DNA of 64,000 nucleotides, from assembly GCA_965223335.1 (NCBI GenBank), contig OZ244991.1, forward strand, positions 480,001 through 544,000, in the 5' to 3' direction. Below, in pieces: positions 21,334 to 31,717 of this stretch. The notes under the pieces were generated by a model that saw only the letters and a list, made by a program, of their open reading frames with translations, was not told the origin of the DNA and searched no databases. The translations under genes and the position numbers were made by a program. This DNA is from Thermodesulfobacteriota bacterium (GTDB lineage Bacteria > Desulfobacterota_D > UBA1144 > Nemesobacterales > UBA2774). Every line of letters starts with the position of its first letter. Position 1 is the stretch's first letter.

Positions 21334-21377
21334 TTACCTGGTATATTTGCCAAATCCTGATTACCCTTCATCGTAAT

Positions 21378-22028
21378 ATGCAACTGGACCCCTATGCCAC
21401 GCTCCACCAAGAGTACCGTATAAAGAGAAAGCAGATAAGGCAAAGACTCAGGGAATTTAGGTCGGTGCTTAATCACGCTGATGATAAAGAGGTATTTGAG
21501 GAACTGGCCTTCTGTATACTGACTGCTGGTGCCAGCGCCGCCATGGGACTTAAATCAATCGAGTCTACAAAGGACGTGTTACACACCTGCTCACTAGAAA
21601 CTCTTCGCAAGAGGCTTAGAGGAGTTCACAGGTATCCAAACAGCAGGGCAGCCTATATTATTCACACTCGCGAGCACCTATCCAACGAATGTAAATTAAA
21701 CCTCAAACAAATATTAAAGAGAGAAAAAGACCCTATACACAGAAGGGATCTTCTAGCAAAGAACAAGGACATAAAGGGTATCGGGTATAAGGAGGCAAGC
21801 CATTTCCTGCGCAATATAGGCTTTAGAGGCTATGCCATAATCGACAAACATATCCTAAACTCTATGCTTAATTACGGGCTCATCACAAACACGAAACCCC
21901 CTACCGGCAGGTTGCGATACCTAGAGCTCGAGTCCACACTAAAGTCTTTCGCCTCGTCGATCAATATTAATATAGACGAACTCGATCTTTTACTATGGAG
22001 CGGAAAAACAGGCAAGATTTTAAAGTAG
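21378..22028 (+). CDS. ogg: 8-oxoguanine DNA glycosylase/AP lyase (Ogg2/Thermotoga-archaeal type)
   Basis: FEELAFCILTA, HRYPNSRA, HhH KGIGYKEASHFLRN, catalytic Asp in AIIDKH, C-terminal GKILK. Confidence 0.88.
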   Translation: MQLDPYATLHQEYRIKRKQIRQRLREFRSVLNHADDKEVFEELAFCILTAGASAAMGLKSIESTKDVLHTCSLETLRKRLRGVHRYPNSRAAYIIHTREHLSNECKLNLKQILKREKDPIHRRDLLAKNKDIKGIGYKEASHFLRNIGFRGYAIIDKHILNSMLNYGLITNTKPPTGRLRYLELESTLKSFASSININIDELDLLLWSGKTGKILK

Positions 22029-22054
22029 GGGCTCTATATAAATTCGAAAAAACC

Positions 22055-22705
22055 ATGAACACAAAAAACAGTATAGAGGAATTGAAGAGAATCTATTCAG
22101 ACAAACATGCAGAAATCGCAGAGCAACTCGCTCAATTCCAAGAGATTCATGAATCAGGTGATGACCAAAGGATTTTTGAGGAGCTCGTATTTTGCATCCT
22201 TACGTCCGCTGTGGGCCCCGTAGTTGGTACCAAGTCGTTAAATGCTATCAAAGACGTATTGCTTACGGCAACTGCCGGCGAACTCACACACAGACTAGAG
22301 GACATACACAAATACCCCGAGAAATCTGACTACATTGTACACACCCGCGAGTACTTCAACTCCACTTACAATATGAAGATAAGAAACACTATTTTTTCCA
22401 TCACAGACCCTATAGAAAGACGCGATTTCATCGCATCCAATAAAGATATAAAAGGACTCGGTTACACCCAATCGAGTCACTTCCTTCGTAATATAGGCTT
22501 TAGAGGATACGCAATACTAGATCGAAACGTGACACGGGAGCTATTTAACTATGGGATTCTCGAGAGCCAAAAACCGCCCACTACCAAGAAACAATATATC
22601 GATGCAGAGCACAAAATGAGCGAGTTTACCAAAGTGCTCGGTATGAGTATAGAGGAGCTGGATATGGTGCTCTGGTCCAAAAAAACAGGCAGGATCCCCA
22701 AATAA
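22055..22705 (+). CDS. Second Ogg paralog with the catalytic Lys replaced by Thr
   Basis: Colinear with the upstream ogg and also 216 aa from ATG 22055; HhH reads KGLGYTQSSHFLRN; AILDRN; C-terminal GRIPK. Confidence 0.85.
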   Translation: MNTKNSIEELKRIYSDKHAEIAEQLAQFQEIHESGDDQRIFEELVFCILTSAVGPVVGTKSLNAIKDVLLTATAGELTHRLEDIHKYPEKSDYIVHTREYFNSTYNMKIRNTIFSITDPIERRDFIASNKDIKGLGYTQSSHFLRNIGFRGYAILDRNVTRELFNYGILESQKPPTTKKQYIDAEHKMSEFTKVLGMSIEELDMVLWSKKTGRIPK

Positions 22706-22742
22706 TAAAACTCTTCAGACCCGATGTGAACGCATAGTTAGG

Positions 22743-23396
22743 CTACCCCAATTCTATAAAAACCTCGGCATATTCCATCTCCCCGACACCACGAATCTCA
22801 TTGAACACAGCCCTATACTTGTTAAGCCCCTTGACCCCGCCCACATAATCCCTGTAAGCGGTCTGGCTGCGGTGCGTTGCCACAGCCCCCGTTTTTTTCT
22901 CGATCCACTGGGTAATATCAACAATCCTGTCATATGATGGAAAAGGGGTCCATACCTCGTAGCAAAGTACCCGCGGCTTAACTTGTAGATCACCCAGAGC
23001 CTCCAATACAAGCCGTGACACTTTTTTATGTGTAGGGTGCTTATCGATCTCGGGGTGTGGGATATATAGCTCTACGGGTGAATATAGCTCAATGATACGT
23101 TTTGTTTCCTCTCTTGTATAATCGGCCCTGTCTTGGGCCTTGAGATTCATTATCCCCATCATTATGAGCTCTTTAACGCCTAAGATCTCAGAGGCTTTTT
23201 TTGTCTCATTCTCCCTAATTCCTACCAGCTCGCCCTCTGTTACACCCAGTGTGTTGGTGCTCCCCCTCCCGTCGGTCACCACAACCGACACAACCCTCTT
23301 ACCTTCGCTAATAAATTTGCACACTGCCCCGCCCATACCGATTTCCAAGTCATCGGGATGGGGCGAGATTACTAAAATCGTTTCGACCACAGGCAC
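22743..23396 (-). CDS. PIG-L/LmbE family deacetylase
   Basis: SPHPDD, VTDG, RxxE, HPTH, HRSQ motifs; GTG start after AGGAGG. Confidence 0.88.
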   Translation of the reverse strand: MPVVETILVISPHPDDLEIGMGGAVCKFISEGKRVVSVVVTDGRGSTNTLGVTEGELVGIRENETKKASEILGVKELIMMGIMNLKAQDRADYTREETKRIIELYSPVELYIPHPEIDKHPTHKKVSRLVLEALGDLQVKPRVLCYEVWTPFPSYDRIVDITQWIEKKTGAVATHRSQTAYRDYVGGVKGLNKYRAVFNEIRGVGEMEYAEVFIELG

Positions 23397-23463
23397 TTAT
23401 TGCCTCCTTGACAATTGCAACCGATCAATCACCATTAATCTAACTGAAAATAGGGGTAAATAT

Positions 23464-24894
23464 ATGGAATATGAACCGGTTATAGGACTCGAGGTACACG
23501 CTCAGCTCTCTACAGAATCCAAGATCTTCTCCCCAGCCTCAACAGAGTTCGGCGGGGAACCCAACACACAGGTTTGTCCAGTTACTATGGGTCTACCGGG
23601 AGTGCTGCCGGTATTAAATAAAAAGGCTCTCGAGTACGCCATCAGGGCTGCAATTGCGCTTAACTGTGATGTAAACACAGTGTCCAGGTTTGCTCGTAAG
23701 AACTATTTTTATCCCGACCTGCCCAAAGGGTATCAAATCTCGCAGTACGACGCTCCATTGTCCGAAAACGGGTGGCTCATGATACGTGTAGGTGACAATG
23801 ATAAGAAAATCCGCATCACTAGAATACATATGGAAGAGGACGCCGGGAAACTCATACACGACACACGCAGCAATTCTAGCTTTGTGGACCTAAACAGAGC
23901 CGGCACCCCGCTTATCGAAATTGTAAGTGAACCCGATATTTCGAGCCCTCAAGAGGCTGTGGAGTATATGAAAAAGCTCCGTGCCATTGTCCGCTACATT
24001 GGGGTTTGTGACGGTAATATGGAAGAGGGTAGCCTCCGTTGCGATGCTAATGTATCCGTAAGACCCAAAGGGACTAAGGAGCTCGGCACAAAAGCCGAGA
24101 TAAAGAACGTTAACTCGTTTAAATTTGTAGAGAAAGCCATAGAGTACGAGATAAAGAGGCAAATTTTGGTACTCGAAAGCGGAGAAGAGGTCACACAAGA
24201 AACAAGGCTCTTTGACTCGGACAAGGGTGTTACGTTCTCTATGAGGTCAAAAGAAGAAGCACATGACTACAGATACTTCCCTGACCCCGACCTCCTGCCC
24301 GTCGTAATAGAAGACAGTTGGATAAAAGAGATTAAAGAGGACCTGCCTGAGCTACCCGAAGCAAGGCTGAACAGGTTTATAGACGACTACCAACTACCCC
24401 AATACGACGCAGGTGTACTAACCTCCTCAAAACAGATCGCGGACTATTTCGAGCAGTGCCTCGCGAGCTATAACAATCCCAAAGCACTTAGCAACTGGAT
24501 CATGACCGAGCTTCTGCGCGAAATCGATGACGAAGACTCAATAGACCAATTCGCTATTACTCCACCTAAGCTCACCCAACTCCTCACACTTATCGACCAG
24601 GGCACAATAAGCAGGAAAATGGCAAAAGACATTTTTAGCGAAATGATTACGAGCGGCAAAGACGCCCGGGAGATTGTAAAGAGTAAAGGACTCGAGCAAA
24701 TATCTGACCAGGACGAGATTCTCAATATGATACGCGACATACTCAAGAGACACCCCGACGAGGTAGATAGATTTAAGAATGGGGACCAAAAACTGCTGGG
24801 ATTTTTCGTAGGTCAGGTCATGAAAACCACCGGGGGCAATGCAAATCCCAAGGTCGTAAATGAACTGCTCCGTAAAGAGCTGAATGAAGTGTAG
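23464..24894 (+). CDS. gatB: Asp/Glu-tRNA amidotransferase subunit B
   Basis: MEYEPVIGLEVHAQL, RKNYFYPDLPKGYQISQ, HMEEDAGK, YRYFPDPDL; start corrected from 23140. Confidence 0.97.
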   Translation: MEYEPVIGLEVHAQLSTESKIFSPASTEFGGEPNTQVCPVTMGLPGVLPVLNKKALEYAIRAAIALNCDVNTVSRFARKNYFYPDLPKGYQISQYDAPLSENGWLMIRVGDNDKKIRITRIHMEEDAGKLIHDTRSNSSFVDLNRAGTPLIEIVSEPDISSPQEAVEYMKKLRAIVRYIGVCDGNMEEGSLRCDANVSVRPKGTKELGTKAEIKNVNSFKFVEKAIEYEIKRQILVLESGEEVTQETRLFDSDKGVTFSMRSKEEAHDYRYFPDPDLLPVVIEDSWIKEIKEDLPELPEARLNRFIDDYQLPQYDAGVLTSSKQIADYFEQCLASYNNPKALSNWIMTELLREIDDEDSIDQFAITPPKLTQLLTLIDQGTISRKMAKDIFSEMITSGKDAREIVKSKGLEQISDQDEILNMIRDILKRHPDEVDRFKNGDQKLLGFFVGQVMKTTGGNANPKVVNELLRKELNEV

Positions 24895-24911
24895 TGGCTA
24901 TGGGGTGGGTT

Positions 24912-26015
24912 TTAGTAGTGTTTGCTCAAGTAGTAGAGTAAACCCTCTATATAATCGGTGCCTCTAACTGCAATATTGTCTCTGATATTCTTAAAATCCA
25001 TCAGTTCCACATCTTGAAAAACCTCTACGATTTCCGGATCGAACTGTGTGCCGGAATTCTCAACTATGATCTCAGAGGCTTTTTCAAACGGCATTGCTTT
25101 TCTGTATGTCCGCTCACTTGTCATTGCATCAAGCGCGTCCACAACAGAGAATATCCTGGCCCCAAACGGTATATCCTCTCTCTTTAACTGCCTTGGATAC
25201 CCGGTACCATCGGCCCTCTCGTGGTGGCTAAGTACTATCTGAGCCGAGTCCTCGAGAAAATCGATCCTCTGAAGTAGTTTGTACCCGTTTTCAGGATGCA
25301 TCTTCATTATCTTCCATTCATCATCGGTAAGCGCACCCGGCTTAAGCAGTATATGATCTGGGACACCTATTTTCCCTATATCATGGAGCAACGCCCCTTT
25401 CGCCAGTATCGCCAGATCGTTATCGTCAAGATTAAGCTTTTTAGCAATTTTAAGCGCATATTCCGTAACGCGATAGGAATGATAGCCCGTTTCCTGTTCC
25501 CTAAGGTCAAGTGCCAGGATCATTGCTTCGAGTGTGCTTGAGTAGAGATTAACCAGCTCGCGGGTTTGATCGGCTACCTTTTTCTCAAGGTTCTTTTGGT
25601 AGTCCTTGTTCTCTTTTATCAGTTTTGCCCTTTCAACCGCACGACGGATCACGGCTTCTACATCGTTTATGTTAAAGGGTTTAAAGATGTAGTCGTAGGC
25701 ACCTTCCTTAAGTGCCTCTCTCACGTTCTCTATTTCCCTGGAAGCCGACACCATGATTATGGAGATGTCAGGGGCATAAGATTTCAGTTTCTTAAGTGTC
25801 TCAATGCCGTTTAGCTTAGGCATCTGAACATCTAAAAGAACTACATCGAAATCACTCTGTTCGTAGAATTTCTCTAGGCACTGGAGCCCGTTTTGAGCGG
25901 TATCGCACCTGTATCCGAAACCCTCGAGAGTCTCTAAAAAGAGATTGCGGATGGTCTCTTCATCATCTACGATGAGTATCTTTTCTTTATGTTTTACAGG
26001 GTTTACTTCAGCCAT
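24912..26015 (-). CDS. REC + HD-GYP response regulator (cyclic dinucleotide phosphodiesterase)
   Basis: IVDDE, LDVQMP, KPF receiver domain; HSYRV, LHDIGK, HHERADGTGYP, DALDAMTSERTYR. Start set at MAEVNP. Confidence 0.92.
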   Translation of the reverse strand: MAEVNPVKHKEKILIVDDEETIRNLFLETLEGFGYRCDTAQNGLQCLEKFYEQSDFDVVLLDVQMPKLNGIETLKKLKSYAPDISIIMVSASREIENVREALKEGAYDYIFKPFNINDVEAVIRRAVERAKLIKENKDYQKNLEKKVADQTRELVNLYSSTLEAMILALDLREQETGYHSYRVTEYALKIAKKLNLDDNDLAILAKGALLHDIGKIGVPDHILLKPGALTDDEWKIMKMHPENGYKLLQRIDFLEDSAQIVLSHHERADGTGYPRQLKREDIPFGARIFSVVDALDAMTSERTYRKAMPFEKASEIIVENSGTQFDPEIVEVFQDVELMDFKNIRDNIAVRGTDYIEGLLYYLSKHY

Positions 26016-26217
26016 TATTGTATCTTTAGTGATACTACCAATCCCAATTATTTTCAAGGCTTAGCACAAAAATTAGACAAGTCCATCACCAGGAGCTCAA
26101 TATTAATCAATGATTATAGTATATTGCGACACCCGCAAATCGCAAATAATTTTCGTTGATATCCTAGAAATCACGTTTGACAACGCACATATTAGAATGT
26201 ATTTTCACCTCGAGCTT

Positions 26218-27342
26218 ATGGATAAAGCATTTCTGGTTTTAGAAAACGGTGCCGTGTTTGAAGGGCTATCTTTCGGAGCAAGCGGCGAGGTGTGCGGCGA
26301 GGTAGTGTTTAACACATCGCTCACTGGGTACCAGGAAATACTGACTGACCCTTCCTATAACGGTCAGATCGTTGTAATGACTTACCCCGAGATCGGCAAC
26401 TATGGGGTAAACCCCGAGGATGTCGAGTCGCGTAAGCCTTTTCTGAGAGGGTTTGTTGTAAAAGAGTACTGGGAGCACCCTAGCAACTGGAGGTCCCAGA
26501 TGGCACTTGGACCCTATTTATCTGAAAGCGGGGTGCTGGGAATCCAAGGCATCGACACCAGAGAGCTTACAAGGACAATACGTACCGAGGGGGCTATGAG
26601 GGGGATCATATCTACCGTCGAGTCCGATTCTAAAACTCTTATAGATACGGTAAGAGCATCGGAGAGCATTGTGGGAGCCGATTTGGTCACAGAGGTAAGC
26701 TGTGGGGAAAAATATCAATGGGAAAAGGGCACAGAGTTATGGAGACCGGCTTACGAAGCCCGTAGAGAGGCCGATAAACAGTTTAGAGTAGTAGCATACG
26801 ATTTTGGTATAAAACAAAACATACTCCGCAAATTGGTAGATTTCGGTTGCGAGGTCTGGACAGTGCCGTCCACCACGCCACCCAACGACGTAATGGGACT
26901 AAAGCCCGACGGGGTGTTTCTATCCAACGGTCCCGGCGACCCGGCCGGTGTGCCATATGCAATTGAAAGCGTGCAGAGCCTTGTCGGCAAAATCCCTATT
27001 TTCGGGATATGTTTAGGGCACCAGATTTTGGGCAGGGCACTAGGTGGAAATACGTTTAAGCTTAAGTTCGGCCACAGGGGTGCAAACCAACCGGTCCAAG
27101 ACCTGTCCACCGGTAAAGTCGAGATCACCTCACAGAACCATGGCTTTGCAGTGGATGCCGACTCGCTCGGCAGTGATGTAGAGGTAACCCATATAAACCT
27201 AAACGACGACACCGTGGAGGGTCTAAGACACAAAAATTATCCCGTGTTCTCAGTACAGTACCATCCTGAAGCCTCCCCCGGACCGCATGACTCCTCTTAC
27301 CTGTTTACTAAATTTATAGATTTGATGAAGGCAGATGCCTGA
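26218..27342 (+). CDS. carA: Carbamoyl-phosphate synthase small subunit
   Basis: [40 protein letters not shown]; start corrected to MDKAFLVLE. Confidence 0.96.
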   Translation: MDKAFLVLENGAVFEGLSFGASGEVCGEVVFNTSLTGYQEILTDPSYNGQIVVMTYPEIGNYGVNPEDVESRKPFLRGFVVKEYWEHPSNWRSQMALGPYLSESGVLGIQGIDTRELTRTIRTEGAMRGIISTVESDSKTLIDTVRASESIVGADLVTEVSCGEKYQWEKGTELWRPAYEARREADKQFRVVAYDFGIKQNILRKLVDFGCEVWTVPSTTPPNDVMGLKPDGVFLSNGPGDPAGVPYAIESVQSLVGKIPIFGICLGHQILGRALGGNTFKLKFGHRGANQPVQDLSTGKVEITSQNHGFAVDADSLGSDVEVTHINLNDDTVEGLRHKNYPVFSVQYHPEASPGPHDSSYLFTKFIDLMKADA

Positions 27343-27362
27343 AATTAAAGCCTGCCGTCCCT

Positions 27363-28964
27363 TTAAGCAGCTTTTCGCTCTAGCTCGTCCTGCACAATGG
27401 TTTCGGCCTGATCTATTCCCTCTGTGGACTCGGAGATCAGTTTTAATGACCGTTCACCGATTTGCACAGACCTTGTGTACTCACCTGTAGTAGACTTATC
27501 AAGTTCTGTGATCGGAACCATAATGTTGTCGATGAAGCGGAGAAAAGCGTCTATGGTTCTTCTTCTTATACGTCCATAACCCTTTATCATGCTGGCGCTG
27601 CTAGCAATAAGCACCCCCAGGTTATAATCCAACGCCGCAAAGGTTCTAATTGCAGCATCGTATTTCTTTATTAACCTATGTTCCTGTTTATATCTATACG
27701 AGTAAGGTCTTATGAACTTAAACTTCGTCAAAAACCATAGCCTCATAAACCCCGTAAAAGATGTTGTTGTGGGTGTCTGACCCATAGTAAGGGGCTTGCG
27801 CTTTCCAACAATTTTTTGGAATACTCTACTATTTACAACAGCCATAATTGGGGCTACCAAAATATTTGGGAACAGGCCATAGACCTCCTCAGCATCTGGT
27901 TTTAAGTAATCTACCACCCTAAATACCTGGCCCGGTTTTATCCTCATACCTTCCATTATCTGTTTGAACCTGCCCGAATTTATCTTTAGTTCCGACACAC
28001 GGATACCATCTTCATACCCCATCCATAACCCAAGATTTTTGGCATATTGCTTTGTGAGCACAAACCCGTCTGCCTTAACCGATTTATCAAGCTGATATAT
28101 AGAATCAACGCTATCTAGATACTTCTCTCCGTACCACTTAGCCTGATAGTCTATTAGCCTGTACGTTGACTCGGCTACTAGCTGTCGCACCCCGTCGGGA
28201 TAATCGGCAATTCGCTCACGAATCAGGTCAAGGAACTCACCTGCTTTACTTCCCTCTAGTTTCTCTGCCCTCTCAGCTACAAAATCATCCCAGTCCGTTT
28301 GAGACCCAGCCCCAATTGGGTCTTTCTTTTGAGACGTAACATAGTCATACCCCGCCTCAAACGCCTTAATATTGCTGGTCACTGCAACCCCTACCTGACC
28401 AATAGCCCCTATGAATGAGGCTTTGTTAATCGGCAATATCTCAAGAGCCGCCAACGCACCCAAGAGGATGGCATTCACAGCGAGTTCGTCCATATCGTTT
28501 ATCTTCGCCAGCTCAAGAGCATCAATGCCGATAAATTCACGTGAGAACTCCTCGGCAATACGCCTTAGGTTCTCCTCTTGGTAAATCCCGCTACCAAGGG
28601 GCATCTTCTCCAGTGTAGAGTAGATCCTGTGTGTACTTGTTACGATAGTGGTTTTGTCAGAGCCGTAACCAAGCTCAAGCGCCCGCCCGAGCTCAAGGAA
28701 TTCCTGCGATAGTATCACGTCCACATCACCCGGCATTGGGTACTGTGCAAACACAACGTTTTTGTCCTGCGCTTTATGCCTGGGGTGTGCTTCAAGGTAA
28801 TACACTGTCGAGCCACCTCTCTGAGACAGACCCGGCAGGCTTATACCCTGCACATCGAAATGCTCGTCAAAAAAGGCCTGCACCAGCCACTCGGTCATCA
28901 CACCCCCACCCTGACCTCCTACGGCTGGAATTAGAATTTTTATTAGATCGTTGTTATTTTCCAT
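27363..28964 (-). CDS. iorB: Indolepyruvate:ferredoxin oxidoreductase beta-family subunit with long C-terminal extension
   Basis: AVGGQGG, GLSQRGG, NAILLGAL, followed by about 300 extra residues (LIDYQ...YEDGIRV...IKGYG). Confidence 0.8.
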   Translation of the reverse strand: MENNNDLIKILIPAVGGQGGGVMTEWLVQAFFDEHFDVQGISLPGLSQRGGSTVYYLEAHPRHKAQDKNVVFAQYPMPGDVDVILSQEFLELGRALELGYGSDKTTIVTSTHRIYSTLEKMPLGSGIYQEENLRRIAEEFSREFIGIDALELAKINDMDELAVNAILLGALAALEILPINKASFIGAIGQVGVAVTSNIKAFEAGYDYVTSQKKDPIGAGSQTDWDDFVAERAEKLEGSKAGEFLDLIRERIADYPDGVRQLVAESTYRLIDYQAKWYGEKYLDSVDSIYQLDKSVKADGFVLTKQYAKNLGLWMGYEDGIRVSELKINSGRFKQIMEGMRIKPGQVFRVVDYLKPDAEEVYGLFPNILVAPIMAVVNSRVFQKIVGKRKPLTMGQTPTTTSFTGFMRLWFLTKFKFIRPYSYRYKQEHRLIKKYDAAIRTFAALDYNLGVLIASSASMIKGYGRIRRRTIDAFLRFIDNIMVPITELDKSTTGEYTRSVQIGERSLKLISESTEGIDQAETIVQDELERKAA

Positions 28965-29016
28965 GTCTCGAACGAAACAACCGGATTCTTACCTTACGAA
29001 CAAAGATATAGTTGTA

Positions 29017-31146
29017 TTAAGTCCAACCGTTTTTTGTAAACATATGAAGCAACGAGCGGTTTACCCTCGAGCTCACTCTATCCCAAAGCGACGGATTGTC
29101 TATGATCTCGACTTTGTAAAACGAGGGGCATAACACCGCGGCGTGAGCAATCTCGCCACAGAGCCCGCAGCCCACACACGAATGCTCAATATGGGCCACA
29201 GGGTCGTCACGCAAAATCGTTGGGCTTTCCTTGAGTGTGAGTGAGGGACAGCCGTTATACCGCATACACGAGTGGTCGCCAGTGCAAATGTCCGGGTCCA
29301 CCCCGAGTTTGGCATGCACCATTCGTTTTCCGGTCTTGATACCCTTTTTGAGGGCTGCTCGCTCTTTTCTATTTTTTTCGAGCTGACACTCACCTCGAGA
29401 TATGATCACCCGTAGTCCCTGGTCCTCTGCGTATGCATCGCGCAATATGTTTATCGAATCTTTAAGGTCATAGGGATCGACTGTTTTTATCCATCTCACA
29501 CCCGAACCCCGAAGCGCTTTCTCTATATCCATTCCCACACCCTCCTGCCTCATATTCTTACCCGACGCAGGATTTTCGTGGTGGCCCGTCATAGATGTCC
29601 AGAAATTCTCGAGGATTATTAAGATTGCGTTCTGATTGTTGTACACAGCGTTTGCTATGCTTGTAGTGAGCCCGCTATGCCAAAATGTACCGTCTCCCAT
29701 AAACGAGATCACCCGCTTGTTGGCCATGCGCGAGAGAGCCCCTGCAGACGCAAGCCCTATTCCCATGCCAGTGATAGAGTTGCTAAGGTCAAACGGAGGG
29801 AGCCCGCTCATCGAGTAGCACCCTATGTCCGATGCATAATAAGACTTGCCATAATCCTCCTCAAGAATTTTTATAGCGGTAAATATCGGCCGCTCGGGGC
29901 ATCCGGTGCAAAACACCGGGTTCCGTTTAGCCACAGGGGTTTTCAGGAACGTACGTGCACGCTCCTTATGTTTTTCGGTAAACTCGCTTTTTTCTACCAG
30001 CCTTTCGCGGTCGTAACTGGATTGGGTGTTAGTAAGCAGGAACTTGCCAATCCCCTTTGCAATGTGGTCAGGCGTGTATTCCCCAGCCTGCGGCAGAGTG
30101 TCCTTGCCGTATATATCCAGACCGAGCTTTGCCCTCTGTGCAATTGACCTAATCTGCTCCTCCAGGAGGTTGGGCATACCCTCCTCCACTATGAGCACCG
30201 CTTTTTTACCCGCTAAAAAGCCCTCAATCTCCTCGGGCACAAGCGGGTTAGTGACATTGAGGTTCAGTATCGGCACCCTGCACTCCCCATAGAGTGTGGC
30301 CTCGCCCAGGTTGTGAAGACATCTTAGCAACGAGTTAAAAATCATCCCGTGCGTAATTATTCCTATCTCGGTGTCTTGCCCCGCAAAATGTTCATTCAGC
30401 TTCCTGTCGAGTATGAACCTTCTCGCAGCGGGAATGCGTTCGTTGTATTTCTTTTTCTCATGTTCGAATGTAAATGGAGGCAGAGGGATCTTTTCCAGAT
30501 CGGTAATAAGGTCATCAAGTCTGTTTATGGTGCTTATTTTGGGGGTTACATTGTCCTTACATATCATCTTGTTCCTAATATGCGCCACCCTGGTCGAGAG
30601 CAGAAACATTACCGGCATGTTGGAATACTCGGAAAGCTCGAACCCGGCCTCTACCATCTTGGCTACAAGCCCCAAGTCACCCCTGGGGTCTATCACAGCC
30701 ATAGAGGACTTAAGGGCAAACGGTAGAGCCCTCTCGGCCACACAAGTGCTGTCACAGCCGTAATCCTCCCCCACGATGATCATGGCCCCGCCCGTTACAC
30801 CCGACGAACATATATGCGAGAGCGCATCGGACGCAACATTGGTCCCCACGATCTTCCAGTTAACCGAACCCCTGATGGGATAGCTGATGGACGCAGAGAG
30901 CAATGAGGCTGCGGACGCCTCGTTCCCCGATGAATCGAAGTAAATTCCTTTATCTTTTAGGTGGTTATCATAGGCGTCTGAGATAGCGTCTATCAATCCC
31001 GCTGTTGGAGAGCCCGGGTAGCCGCCCAAGTAGCTCACACCCGACTGCATAAATGCTTTTAGGATTGCAAGAGGCGTGTCCCCATAGAGTGTACGGCCGC
31101 TTCCATAGTCCAACTGCTCCAGCACGTCCTCGGAATATGTTCCCAT
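29017..31146 (-). CDS. iorA: Indolepyruvate:ferredoxin oxidoreductase alpha subunit
   Basis: GYPGSP, NEASA, FCTGCPER, SDIGC, TPP motif GDGTFWHSG...N, C-terminal ferredoxin CVGCGLC..CP. Confidence 0.88.
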   Translation of the reverse strand: MGTYSEDVLEQLDYGSGRTLYGDTPLAILKAFMQSGVSYLGGYPGSPTAGLIDAISDAYDNHLKDKGIYFDSSGNEASAASLLSASISYPIRGSVNWKIVGTNVASDALSHICSSGVTGGAMIIVGEDYGCDSTCVAERALPFALKSSMAVIDPRGDLGLVAKMVEAGFELSEYSNMPVMFLLSTRVAHIRNKMICKDNVTPKISTINRLDDLITDLEKIPLPPFTFEHEKKKYNERIPAARRFILDRKLNEHFAGQDTEIGIITHGMIFNSLLRCLHNLGEATLYGECRVPILNLNVTNPLVPEEIEGFLAGKKAVLIVEEGMPNLLEEQIRSIAQRAKLGLDIYGKDTLPQAGEYTPDHIAKGIGKFLLTNTQSSYDRERLVEKSEFTEKHKERARTFLKTPVAKRNPVFCTGCPERPIFTAIKILEEDYGKSYYASDIGCYSMSGLPPFDLSNSITGMGIGLASAGALSRMANKRVISFMGDGTFWHSGLTTSIANAVYNNQNAILIILENFWTSMTGHHENPASGKNMRQEGVGMDIEKALRGSGVRWIKTVDPYDLKDSINILRDAYAEDQGLRVIISRGECQLEKNRKERAALKKGIKTGKRMVHAKLGVDPDICTGDHSCMRYNGCPSLTLKESPTILRDDPVAHIEHSCVGCGLCGEIAHAAVLCPSFYKVEIIDNPSLWDRVSSRVNRSLLHMFTKNGWT

Positions 31147-31264
31147 TTAACCTCCAATATGCTGCGAATGCTTGCCCTAATTAGATAATTTACCCTATAA
31201 ACCAAGAAAAAAGCAAAGCAATTTCGCTAACAAAAGTGACATATTATCGCTGCAGTTGAGCATC

Positions 31265-31717
31265 TTACTCTTTGATAAGTTTATAATACTCCGATAGGGC
31301 TTCGGTCTGTTGATAATTCACCATGTGCACAGGCCGCTTAGTACGTACAGTGTTGAGTGCCAGCATTGGGTCGATACTGAGATAGTGTATGAGGTAGCTT
31401 GCGATCATTACATTGGTCCGGCCCATTCCCGCATAGCAATGCACCGCTACTCGGTTGCCATCGGTAATCTTTTCATCCACAAACCCGACGAATTCCTTAA
31501 AATCCTCCGGGCTTGGGGGCCCGAAATCCAAGATGGGAATATATTTTACTAAAAACCCTTCGTAATCTTGGCGGTGCTCTGGCTCCTCCAGGTTTATGAT
31601 CACCTCGACCCCCTGCTCGTGCAAAAACTCGAGATCAGTATCAAGCCCTCTGAAAAGACCGGGACGCTCCATGCCTGCCAGCATTTCATCTATTACCCAC
31701 GAAAAGCGCTCAGGCAC
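31265..31717 (-). CDS. Dual-specificity/Cys-based phosphatase (CX5R)
   Basis: FSWV, PILDFGPP acid loop, VHCYAGMGRT; start overlaps the nfi stop. Confidence 0.88.
   Translation of the reverse strand: MPERFSWVIDEMLAGMERPGLFRGLDTDLEFLHEQGVEVIINLEEPEHRQDYEGFLVKYIPILDFGPPSPEDFKEFVGFVDEKITDGNRVAVHCYAGMGRTNVMIASYLIHYLSIDPMLALNTVRTKRPVHMVNYQQTEALSEYYKLIKE

Noticed and set aside
23140..23463. 108-aa N-terminal extension of GatB in the ORF track
   Set aside because: It overlaps the PIG-L gene on the opposite strand; the conserved GatB start is MEYEPVIGLE at 23464.
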